Shown piece by piece: positions 9,879-18,225 of a DNA stretch of 64,000 nt. The translations under genes were made by a program, and so were the position numbers. This DNA comes from Candidatus Bathyarchaeia archaeon (GTDB taxonomy: Archaea > Thermoproteota > Bathyarchaeia > 40CM-2-53-6), in contig JBEKVV010000004.1 in the NCBI GenBank assembly GCA_049513715.1, positions 103,633 to 167,632 of the forward strand. Reading direction: 5' to 3'. The notes beneath the pieces are model-generated. The model searched no databases. It saw only the letters and a program-made list of their open reading frames with translations, and had not been told where the DNA came from. The number at the start of each line of letters is the position of its first letter. Position 1 is the first letter of the stretch.

Positions 9879-10531
9879 TAACTTCTTACTTTCTCCCACG
9901 TAGCCAACAAAGCTTCTTCATAGGTTTCAGGGTCCACCTCCCTTGCTCTACGCATATCGACATCAATGAAGAAGAGCGAGTGAACTCTGCCTGAAGCTAT
10001 CTCCTCCAAGGGTATGGGCGGATTCTCGTAGTAGCGGTCGCACAGCTTCTTCGTCTTCTCAATCTCTTCTCGTTCTCTCACTTTTGGAGGTTTCAGGAAA
10101 AGTGCGGGGATTGGCAGAACTTGGTAGAGAGGGGAGGCCAGGCTGAACTTGTCCGCGAACCTGCTGTACCTCGCTATCTTGCTGGCAATTCTGGCCGAAC
10201 AAAATGCAGTAGGATCCAACGCGTGCTCCGGAGGAACAAACCCAGTCTCTATTTCTATAACCGCTCTTCCATCGCCCTTGATCCCCAACAAATCGCAGAC
10301 AAGGGATTCTCCCAAGCGATGCTCAACATCTACATCATAGCCCTTCAAGATCAAATCTTTGGCGCAGATAAATTCCATGGCCGAGTGGTTGATCTTCACC
10401 AGATTTTGTCTGTGCATCTTAACCAGCTTCGTCTTTATGGCGTCGAGCTTGAAGAATGCCTCATCGTTCTGGTCAGGGACCAGTTTTGAGAGAAGAGCAT
10501 CGAGGTCGGATGCGAACTTGTCGTCGCCCAT
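9878..10531 (-). CDS. Hypothetical protein, possible PD-(D/E)XK nuclease-like core
   Basis: 217 aa. The segment VDVEHRLGESLVCDLLGIKGDGRAVIEIETG resembles a restriction-endonuclease-like D...ExE core. No other recognisable motif. Confidence 0.45.
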   Translation of the reverse strand: MGDDKFASDLDALLSKLVPDQNDEAFFKLDAIKTKLVKMHRQNLVKINHSAMEFICAKDLILKGYDVDVEHRLGESLVCDLLGIKGDGRAVIEIETGFVPPEHALDPTAFCSARIASKIARYSRFADKFSLASPLYQVLPIPALFLKPPKVREREEIEKTKKLCDRYYENPPIPLEEIASGRVHSLFFIDVDMRRAREVDPETYEEALLATWEKVRS

Positions 10532-10749
10532 TTGAACACAGAGGCGGGATTACCTTGAGGCGACATATAATATGCATATTTGCCTCCGCCCAGAAAGAAA
10601 AAACCGGGTAGATTGGTTACGGTAATTCAGCTTTGTTGATGATCAGTTTTGGTGGTGGGTGTAAAGAGGAATGAATTGCCTCTGGCTTACCCCTGCGTTC
10701 AAGCCGCAAACCTTGAATTCCCATACAGGTCAAACGCCTCCGAAGGGAA

Positions 10750-11547
10750 ATGAGCAAAAGCGAGAGACAGCGGGCTTCGAGGACCGCTCTCATTACCGGA
10801 GCGTCCAGCGGGATTGGTTTGGAACTCGCTAGAGTGTTTGCGCGGGAAGGTTACAACTTGGTTTTGGTGGCGAGGAGTGTGGAGCGGCTGGATGAGATAG
10901 CGAAAGAGTTGCGGGCGCTTGGTGTTTCTGTGAAGAGCATGCCCATGGATTTGGCCGACCCACATGCACCTCAGGCGATTTGTGACGGGCTCCGGAAGGA
11001 GAGTGGGGTGGTTGATGTTCTTGTCAACAATGCTGGGTTTGGTAGCCATGGGGTCTTCCACGAGAATGACCCTGCCACGGAGCTGAGTATGATTCAGGTA
11101 AACGTCACCGCCCTTACAGAACTGACCCGACTATTCCTGCCGGATATGGTTAGGAGGGGGGAGGGTGGCGTTTTGAATGTGGCTTCTACGGCTGCCTTTC
11201 AACCAGGCCCACTCATGGCAGTTTACTATGCCACCAAAGCCTACGTGCTGTCCTTTTCGGAGGCGATTGCGGAGGAATTGAGAGGAACTGGTGTGACAGT
11301 CACGACCTTGTGCCCCGGACCTACGTTGACAGGGTTCCAGGGCAGGGCAGGAACAGGGGAAATGAGGATGCTCAAAGGAGGCCTAGTGCTTGACGCAGCA
11401 ACGGTCGCCAAAATTGGTTACGAAGGCCTAATCCACAACAAGACAGTCGTCATTCCAGGTTTCAAAAACAGAATACTAGCCTTCGGAGTGAGGTTAACCC
11501 CCAGACAATGGGTTACCCGAGTCGCCAGACAGATGAATGAAACCTAA
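10750..11547 (+). CDS. Short-chain dehydrogenase/reductase (SDR)
   Basis: TGASSGIGLELA cofactor motif and YYATKA catalytic motif. Confidence 0.85.
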   Translation: MSKSERQRASRTALITGASSGIGLELARVFAREGYNLVLVARSVERLDEIAKELRALGVSVKSMPMDLADPHAPQAICDGLRKESGVVDVLVNNAGFGSHGVFHENDPATELSMIQVNVTALTELTRLFLPDMVRRGEGGVLNVASTAAFQPGPLMAVYYATKAYVLSFSEAIAEELRGTGVTVTTLCPGPTLTGFQGRAGTGEMRMLKGGLVLDAATVAKIGYEGLIHNKTVVIPGFKNRILAFGVRLTPRQWVTRVARQMNET

Positions 11548-11664
11548 TGCCCTTCAGGGAACTTCGTCAAAGTTTCTTATTATGAACGAAATCTTTCCCG
11601 CTTGCAGCTGACAACCAAGAAAAGCTTAAACGTATACGTTTACGTTTACGATGCCGTATGCGCT

Positions 11665-11850
11665 ATGAAGACTACTGTGATGCTGAGAGAAGACCTGTAC
11701 GAGATCCTGAAGAGAAAATATGGACCGAGAGGCCTCTCCGAGGCCATCAACGTAATCTTGGCCGAGGCATTGCTCAAAGGAGAGAGCATGTTCGGGACGA
11801 TGCCCAAGAGGTCGCTCAAGGACTTGAGGAATCACAGTGACCGTATTTGA
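11665..11850 (+). CDS. vapB: VapB-type antitoxin
   Basis: MKTTVMLREDLYEILKRKYG... is a small RHH-like protein directly upstream of, and overlapping, a PIN-domain gene. The start was trimmed from the track ORF. Confidence 0.65.
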   Translation: MKTTVMLREDLYEILKRKYGPRGLSEAINVILAEALLKGESMFGTMPKRSLKDLRNHSDRI

Positions 11851-11858
11851 GATACATC

Positions 11859-12236
11859 ATGGACTCATATGCGTGGTTAGAATACTTCATGGGCACCGAC
11901 TCCGGAAAAAAGGTGAAAGGCATCATTGACTCTGAGGCTCATGAGAAACTGACCCCGACGATTTGCTTGGCCGAAATATACTCCAAGATTCTGAGAACAG
12001 AGGATGAGAAGAAGGCGGAACTCCGTAGAGCTTTTATCAAATCTCGAAGTGGCCTCGTCCCACTTACTGAAGAAGTGGCAGTCGAAGCCGCTAAAGTCGA
12101 TGTGACCATGAAACGTAAAGTTCAAGGTTGGGGGTTGGCTGACTCAATCGTGCTCTCCACCGCGCAAAACAGGGACGGGAAAGTTGTTACAGGTGACCCG
12201 CACTTTCGAGGATTAACCGAGACCTTCATGATATAG
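11859..12236 (+). CDS. vapC: PIN-domain ribonuclease toxin VapC
   Basis: Conserved acidic positions MDSYAW, LAEIYSKI, ADSIVLSTA and VVTGDPHF. About 125 aa. Confidence 0.8.
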   Translation: MDSYAWLEYFMGTDSGKKVKGIIDSEAHEKLTPTICLAEIYSKILRTEDEKKAELRRAFIKSRSGLVPLTEEVAVEAAKVDVTMKRKVQGWGLADSIVLSTAQNRDGKVVTGDPHFRGLTETFMI

Positions 12237-12305
12237 CTACGTGATGGGGCCGCTGGGATCAAGGCTCATCAACAATAAGCGAAAGTGGTAATTGCTTGAG
12301 TAGCT

Positions 12306-13817
12306 ATGTTGATTCGAAGTCAGTTGGCTAGCCTCAAAAAAGAAACCTATCCCAATGAGTTGACGCATCGGGACCTACCGCCAGACATTTTCAGAAAGTA
12401 CGCCCATGAGGCAGCTGATTGGATCGCTGAATACTTGGAGAACATGGATAATTATCCAGTACTGGCTACTGTGAAACCGGGCGAGGTCAAATCAAAGCTA
12501 CCGAAAAACCCACCTGAGAAACCAGAGCCGTTCGAGAATATCCTAGGCGATTTTCGGAAGGTTCTCGTACCGGGAATTACCCATTGGAATCATCCACGAT
12601 TCTTCGCCTATTTCTCAGTCACCGGCTCCTATCCCGGAATCATCGGGGAGATGTTGTGCAGCGCGTTGAATGTGAACGCGATGCTATGGAAGACCTCCCC
12701 GTCCGCCACTGAACTTGAGGAGGTCGTGTTGGATTGGCTGCGGCAGATGCTCGGCCTACCTAGGGGGTTTGAGGGCGTAATACACGATTCAGCCTCGGTT
12801 GGAGTCGTGTGCGCCCTGGCGGCAGCACGGGAATCCGGCAACCTCCAAATCCGCGAGAAGGGCTTGACGGGAAGGAGTGAGCTCCCTCGATTGCGAGTAT
12901 ACGCTTCAGAGGAAGCGCATTCCTCCATCGAGAAAGCGGTAATCGTCTTGGGTGTCGGCCAAGAGGGCCTTAGAAAAATCCCGACCGATGAGGCCTTCCG
13001 CATGGATTCCCACGCCTTGGAGGAGGCTGTCAAGGAGGATGTGGACGCCGGCGTTAAGCCGATTTGTGTCGTCGCAACGATCGGCACCACCTCGACAACC
13101 AGTGTTGACCCGGTGAAGGAGATTGCTGCGCTTTGCAGGAAATATGGTATTTGGCTTCATGTCGATGCCGCCTACGGCGGCGCCGCAGCCCTTCTCCCGG
13201 AAAAGCGGGTACTGTTTGAGGGTTGGGAGCAGGCTGATTCACTCATCGTCAACCCCCACAAATGGCTGTTCACTCAAATCGATTGCAGTGTCCTCTACTG
13301 CCGGCGACCCGAGGTGCTCAAACAGGCCTTCAGTTTGACACCCGAGTACCTTCGAACAGGAGAGGCCGGCGAGGTCAAGAACTTCATGGATTACGGCGTA
13401 GCCCTCGGCCGCCGTTTCCGCGCCCTCAAACTCTGGATGGTCATCCGTTCCTTGGGCTGTAGCGGAATCACCAGCGCCATCCAGGAACATATCTCCTACG
13501 CCAACAAATTGGCCGATATGATTCGGGACCACCAGAACTTTGAGCTTCTGGCCCCGGTGCCATTCAGCACCCTAGTCTTTCGCTTCAACCCCAACAAACA
13601 CACAAACAGTCCCGCGACGCCCTCAGGTTTGGAAATCAACACCCTAAACGAGAAACTGCTCGAAGCAGTTAACCAGACTGGACGAGCATTCCTATCCCAC
13701 ACCAAGCTGAGAGGAAAATTCGGAATTCGATTCGCTATCGGCAACCTGAAGACCACATGGGAAGACGTAGCGCTAGCTTGGAAGATTATTCAAGAGAAAG
13801 CCACAGAGCTACCGTGA
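12306..13817 (+). CDS. Group II pyridoxal-phosphate-dependent decarboxylase (aromatic-L-amino-acid/tyrosine decarboxylase-like)
   Basis: 503 aa with a PLP-lysine motif SLIVNPHKWLF and ITHWNHPRFFAYF near the N-terminus. Confidence 0.8.
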   Translation: MLIRSQLASLKKETYPNELTHRDLPPDIFRKYAHEAADWIAEYLENMDNYPVLATVKPGEVKSKLPKNPPEKPEPFENILGDFRKVLVPGITHWNHPRFFAYFSVTGSYPGIIGEMLCSALNVNAMLWKTSPSATELEEVVLDWLRQMLGLPRGFEGVIHDSASVGVVCALAAARESGNLQIREKGLTGRSELPRLRVYASEEAHSSIEKAVIVLGVGQEGLRKIPTDEAFRMDSHALEEAVKEDVDAGVKPICVVATIGTTSTTSVDPVKEIAALCRKYGIWLHVDAAYGGAAALLPEKRVLFEGWEQADSLIVNPHKWLFTQIDCSVLYCRRPEVLKQAFSLTPEYLRTGEAGEVKNFMDYGVALGRRFRALKLWMVIRSLGCSGITSAIQEHISYANKLADMIRDHQNFELLAPVPFSTLVFRFNPNKHTNSPATPSGLEINTLNEKLLEAVNQTGRAFLSHTKLRGKFGIRFAIGNLKTTWEDVALAWKIIQEKATELP

Positions 13818-13984
13818 ATTCTGAGAAACCAGTTTTGCTATCTGGACACGTTTACAAGGAGGTTCTGTTAAGGGATGGGAAACAAGCCGTCCTGAGGGTT
13901 CCTGACTGGCATGACGTTGATGATTTCTTGGGTTTCATTAACGCGCCTCCGTCGCGCGCGAAGGTGCGTGTGGAGTCCTCAAGA

Positions 13985-14272
13985 TCAGAAGTCCTCGTGG
14001 CCCAGCCATGGATATATCAGGGCGACCGCGTCTCCATCTTTCAGCTCAGCATTCAATCCGCCTACGAATTGGCAGGACCGTCCGTTGATTAAGATCCGAG
14101 CATACGGCCTAACATCACCGCTCTCTGTAAAGATAATGTCAGCGATGCGATAGGTGTCCACGATTTCCTTCAATACATCCTTCAACGTGTTCTGTGAGGA
14201 GACGAACTCTACACGCCCAGTCCCGGTCCTCTGCCTGGGAATGCTCATGAACTTCACGGTCAACCTAACCAT
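13985..14272 (-). CDS. MoaD/ThiS-like beta-grasp protein lacking a C-terminal Gly-Gly (paralog 1)
   Basis: 95 aa. ...INGRSCQFVGGLNAELKDGDAVALIYPWLGHEDF matches the MoaD layout, but the tail is not GG. Divergent from aor. Confidence 0.65.
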   Translation of the reverse strand: MVRLTVKFMSIPRQRTGTGRVEFVSSQNTLKDVLKEIVDTYRIADIIFTESGDVRPYARILINGRSCQFVGGLNAELKDGDAVALIYPWLGHEDF

Positions 14273-14421
14273 GCTGTCGAGAATCTCCTAGTTATATTCC
14301 AATGTGAGGTGAAATCCATCAGTTCTCACTCACTTCATAAGGCAGGTGGATTTGAAGATGAATGTAGAAATCGTACACACTGGAAATCCAAAGCGTTTAA
14401 CTCAGCGCGTTCGCTAAATAT

Positions 14422-16233
14422 GTGGCCATGACTCTGGGTGGATATGCCAACCGGATCGCAAGAGTTAACCTAACCCACAGCAAAGTCGATTATGAGCAGC
14501 CGAATGAAGAAGACCTGAAGAAGTACATTGGCGGCCGCGGGCTCGGCGTGAAATATGTTCTAGACAACGGGCCAAAAGTGGAACCATTCTCTGAAGACAA
14601 CATACTCTGCTTCATGACTGGACCTTTGGTGGGCAGCGAGGTTACGATGAGTGGCCGTATGGCCGTTGTCACGAAATCACCGCTAACAGGGACAGTGACG
14701 GATTCTCACCAAGGGGGTTGGTCAGGCGCACGGCTTCGATGGGCAGGCTTCGATGGAATAGTCTTCAGGGGTAGGGCGAAGAAACCGACCTACGCCTACA
14801 TTGAGGACGGAAAGGTCACGTTGAAAGATGCATCCCACCTCTGGGGTAAGAACGTTCACGACACGGTCAAGGCGGTCAGGACGGAACACGGTGAACATGA
14901 CACGAGTGTGGTCACCATAGGACACGCCGGAGAGAAACTGGTGAGGTTCGCTGCAATCATCAATGAGAACGATCGTGCTTCTGGAAGAGGCGGCACGGGT
15001 GCAGTTATGGGATGGAAGAATCTGAAGTGCCTCGTAATCAAAGGCAGCATCAAAAACAAACCTACGCCCGCGCATCCAGATGAATTCAAAAATGCGGTAG
15101 CTGTCGCGAACACGGCCATCGTACAAGGAGCTGTGACTGCCCCCAGAAAGGGAGGTCTCTCTGTTTATGGAACGGATGTACTCATGAACCTTGTCAATGA
15201 AATCGGCGCTCTTCCAACTAAGAATGCGCAATTGACGCAGTTCGACCATGCAGACCAGTTGAGCGGGGAAACCATAAAGGAGACGATTCTGGTCGGCGAC
15301 CCGACCTGCCACGCCTGCCCTGTTGCATGCAAGAAAGAGGTAGAGGTGAAGGAGGGCAAGTATAAGGTCCACATGGAGAGCACTGAATACGAATCCATGT
15401 GGTCGCTTGGAGCCAACTGCGGGTGCAGCATCAAGGAGGCCGTTGCAAAGATGGTCTACCTGACCAATGATTATGGAATGGATACGATCGAAACCGGCAA
15501 CTGCCTCTCCGTCACAATGGAAGCAAGCGAACGCGGACTCATTCGCGACAAGGTTGAGTGGGGTAATGCGGATGCGATGATCGATCTCATTCACAAAATC
15601 GGGAAGAGGGAAGGTCTCGGTGACACTCTCGCGGAGGGCTGTTGGAGAGCCGCCAAAACCTTCGGGGACGAAGGAATGGCCAACCAATCAAAGGGCCAAA
15701 GCATAGCGGCCTACGACCCGCGAGGCATGCAAGGGATGGGAATAGGATACGCCACATCCAATCGAGGAGCATGCCACCTCAGAGGATACACACCTGCAAG
15801 TGAAGTGCTCGGCGTACCCGGAAAGACAGACCCGCTCGGCTGGGAAGGCAAAGCAAAACTCCTAACGATTTTCCAAGACCTACACGCCATCTCGGATTCA
15901 TTCGACATCTGTAAGTTCAACGCGTTCTCAGAGGGAATTAACGAATACGTCGCGCAATTCAATGCCATGACTGGTCTACAATTGGACGCGGATGGCCTGA
16001 TGAAGGCTGGTGAAAGAATCTACAACCTAGAACGCTACTACAACAACTTATGCGGATTCACAGGCAAGGATGACTCGCTCCCGGAAAGATTCTTGAAGCG
16101 ACCCGGTTCCGGGCCCGCTGCAGGTCATGTGTGCGAGCTCGATAAGATGAAGAAGGAGTACTACGAAGCCCGCGGTTGGGTTGACGGCGTGGTCCCCCAG
16201 CAGAAACTGCAAGAACTAGGAATAATCGCCTAA
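14422..16233 (+). CDS. aor: Aldehyde:ferredoxin oxidoreductase (tungstopterin AOR family)
   Basis: 603 aa. N-terminus GGYANRIARVNLT, GRGLG motif, CxxC...C region DPTCHACPVACKK. Typical AOR length and architecture. Confidence 0.9.
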   Translation: MAMTLGGYANRIARVNLTHSKVDYEQPNEEDLKKYIGGRGLGVKYVLDNGPKVEPFSEDNILCFMTGPLVGSEVTMSGRMAVVTKSPLTGTVTDSHQGGWSGARLRWAGFDGIVFRGRAKKPTYAYIEDGKVTLKDASHLWGKNVHDTVKAVRTEHGEHDTSVVTIGHAGEKLVRFAAIINENDRASGRGGTGAVMGWKNLKCLVIKGSIKNKPTPAHPDEFKNAVAVANTAIVQGAVTAPRKGGLSVYGTDVLMNLVNEIGALPTKNAQLTQFDHADQLSGETIKETILVGDPTCHACPVACKKEVEVKEGKYKVHMESTEYESMWSLGANCGCSIKEAVAKMVYLTNDYGMDTIETGNCLSVTMEASERGLIRDKVEWGNADAMIDLIHKIGKREGLGDTLAEGCWRAAKTFGDEGMANQSKGQSIAAYDPRGMQGMGIGYATSNRGACHLRGYTPASEVLGVPGKTDPLGWEGKAKLLTIFQDLHAISDSFDICKFNAFSEGINEYVAQFNAMTGLQLDADGLMKAGERIYNLERYYNNLCGFTGKDDSLPERFLKRPGSGPAAGHVCELDKMKKEYYEARGWVDGVVPQQKLQELGIIA

Positions 16234-16277
16234 CCCGCGTCCGCGAGTACCCACGGCCCGGATGTCAGCGTGTGTGC

Positions 16278-16559
16278 TCAGAAATTCTCCGCGTAGGGAT
16301 AAATCAGTGTCAATCTGTCACCATCATGAAGCTCAACACCTAACCCTCCTACGAACTCTTGCGACCTCCCATTAACCAAGACTCTTGCCCACGGCCTCAC
16401 TTCAGCACTCTCCGTCAAGATAATGTCTGAAATGTGATAGGCTTCAACGATTTCCTTTAACACAACCCCAAGCTTCCGCTCCGCTGAAACATGCTCTGAC
16501 TCGCTTGCTCCTACACGTTGCCGTGCTATGCTGAGAAATTTGACAGTGACCGTTACCAT
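16278..16559 (-). CDS. MoaD/ThiS-like beta-grasp protein lacking a C-terminal Gly-Gly (paralog 2)
   Basis: 93 aa. It aligns by eye along its full length with the 13985-14272 product (VKF.SI.RQR.G...VNGRSQEFVGGLGVELHDGDRLTLIYPYAENF). Convergent with the aor 3' end. Confidence 0.65.
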   Translation of the reverse strand: MVTVTVKFLSIARQRVGASESEHVSAERKLGVVLKEIVEAYHISDIILTESAEVRPWARVLVNGRSQEFVGGLGVELHDGDRLTLIYPYAENF

Positions 16560-16828
16560 GAAGGCATAATCTCGAGTCTCTGGAAGCCAGAATCGGTTTA
16601 CTGGACTCTAGAGGTTTAGTATTGTAGCGACGCCCAGAAAAAAACTGTTCGCAAACACATTCGCTCATCTCTACCCACAAAACTAGCAACGCAAGTAACC
16701 TGTTGTCTCCCAAAAATGGGGTACACCCCACCCAAACAAGTCTGCGCGCGAAGCGAGGTTCCAACTCATCGATATGCCCACTCGGTCAATGGTCTTTAAT
16801 ACCAATACGGCTTGAACAGTAAGGCCAG

Positions 16829-17317
16829 ATGTTCTTGGATCTTAAACAGACCGCTTTTGGCTTGGTTCTGCTGATTGTTTTCCTCCTCTTCCAATTCGGG
16901 GTCTTCAACCCCCTTGGCCCCTCAGCGTGGGTGCTAGGCGTTATCGTGCTCTCCGTGGTCTTCTTCTTAATGGGTAAAGTTACCATGCCGAAGAGGCAGC
17001 CACCTCAACTAGTGGAGGTTTGGCAGTTCGCAACAGCATTCGCAGTCATCGCGACCGTAATCATCGCCTACGCAAGCCCACTCATGCCTGCCATGATGTC
17101 GGCCTCAATGCCAAACTTGACGCCGCTCGTTCTGGGCTTGTGGCTCGTAATCTTCGGAGCCGCAACCTTCGTAACCGGCTGGACTGCGAAATGGGGCGTA
17201 ACAACCGTGGTAGGCATAATCTGGCTATTCTCAGCATTCCACACAGTCTCCTACCTAGACTTCGCATTCCTCGTAGGTTTACCGTTCATCATCTACGGCC
17301 TAATCTCCAAGGGCTAA
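16829..17317 (+). CDS. Hypothetical integral membrane protein (about 5 TM)
   Basis: Continuous hydrophobic helices. No recognisable motif. Confidence 0.5.
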   Translation: MFLDLKQTAFGLVLLIVFLLFQFGVFNPLGPSAWVLGVIVLSVVFFLMGKVTMPKRQPPQLVEVWQFATAFAVIATVIIAYASPLMPAMMSASMPNLTPLVLGLWLVIFGAATFVTGWTAKWGVTTVVGIIWLFSAFHTVSYLDFAFLVGLPFIIYGLISKG

Positions 17318-17589
17318 TTCTCTATTCGTTCTTGCTGGTTCGGGGTAGTTCGATCTCAGTGGTCTCCTTCGCCGTGTCAAAAACTAAGCACGTTTCCGTC
17401 CTATCAATCTCCTTAACGGTACGCAACTTCTCTGGAAGAAACCTTCCCGCACCCTGTGCCTAAAATGCGGATATGAGACAGGCGCCAAACTGAGTTAGCC
17501 ACCCATCGCTAATGCCTCTAATGCCGTTTCCAACTAGCCCCAGAGGGGCCAATCTGATTCTTGTTGAGCTTCCTTAAGACTAAGGTGCC

Positions 17590-17823
17590 TTGGTTTCATT
17601 TCAGCAGGTAGGTGCTAACGTGAGCTTCTTGCGCGAAAGAGTGAGGGCGGTCCTTGATACGTTCGATAGTCTCCAAAGGCAGGCGGGGGCTGTTGAGAAA
17701 GAGGAACTAATATCCGCATTATCGGGAAGGGTTGAAGCTGACGAGGCCGTGGATATCATCGACAAACTACTCAAAGAAGGCCTGATCTGCAGCCCTCGAC
17801 CGGGTCTGCTAGAAAAGCCCTGA
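17590..17823 (+). CDS. Small hypothetical protein (possible winged-helix)
   Basis: 77 aa isolated ORF. ...EELISALSGRVEADEAVDIIDKLLKEGLI... The start is uncertain. Confidence 0.35.
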   Translation: MVSFQQVGANVSFLRERVRAVLDTFDSLQRQAGAVEKEELISALSGRVEADEAVDIIDKLLKEGLICSPRPGLLEKP

Positions 17824-17865
17824 CCTCAAGAAAACTTTGAGCCCTACTGAAGAAAGTTTTGTTGG

Positions 17866-18192
17866 CTAATATCGTGGCATAGCCGGATCCACTTCGGCAG
17901 CCCACTCATCGATTCCACCCTTCAGGTTCTTCGCTCTGAAACCCATCCTTCGCAAATAGGCCGCAGCCCACGCACTTCGAACACCCGTATGGCAGTAAAT
18001 CACACACTCACGCCTAGGATCCAATTCATGTACCCGATTCGGAATCTCACCCATCGGAATCAGCCTGCAACCCTCAATCCGGCACACTTGAAACTCATGC
18101 ATTTCCCTAACGTCGATAAGGATTATCGTCTCTCCGTTGTCAAGCCGCTGTTTAAGCTCACGCACCGTAATCTCGTTCGCGCTGTTCGACAT
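17866..18192 (-). CDS. Rhodanese-domain sulfurtransferase
   Basis: Active-site loop CHTGVRS and IILIDVRE motif. The start is trimmed to MSNSANE. Confidence 0.8.
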   Translation of the reverse strand: MSNSANEITVRELKQRLDNGETIILIDVREMHEFQVCRIEGCRLIPMGEIPNRVHELDPRRECVIYCHTGVRSAWAAAYLRRMGFRAKNLKGGIDEWAAEVDPAMPRY

Positions 18193-18225
18193 CGTAATAT
18201 CGTTTCTCAAAGAAAACGTCTTAAT

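Noticed and set aside
11631-11650. Short tandem repeat cgtatacgtt-tacgtt-tacg as a possible CRISPR or minisatellite
   Set aside because: It has only about three 6-nt units and no spacers. It lies just upstream of the vapB start and is more likely part of the promoter or operator. No CRISPR array exists in this window.
13757-14092. 111-aa plus-strand ORF overlapping the decarboxylase 3' end and the first MoaD-like gene
   Set aside because: It overlaps two better-supported genes and has no recognisable motifs.
14722-15687. 321-aa minus-strand ORF inside the AOR gene, and similar nested or antisense ORFs in the ABC, Mo-hydroxylase, decarboxylase, PepF, HpaB, aminotransferase and ECF genes
   Set aside because: These are shadow ORFs of strongly supported genes on the opposite strand or in another frame. 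Their composition is typical of antisense translation (Arg/Ser/Pro-rich).
17989-18225. N-terminal 79 codons of the 696-aa track ORF for PepF
   Set aside because: This part is antisense to the rhodanese gene and has no peptidase similarity. The ATG at 18226 gives a normal-length M3B peptidase.
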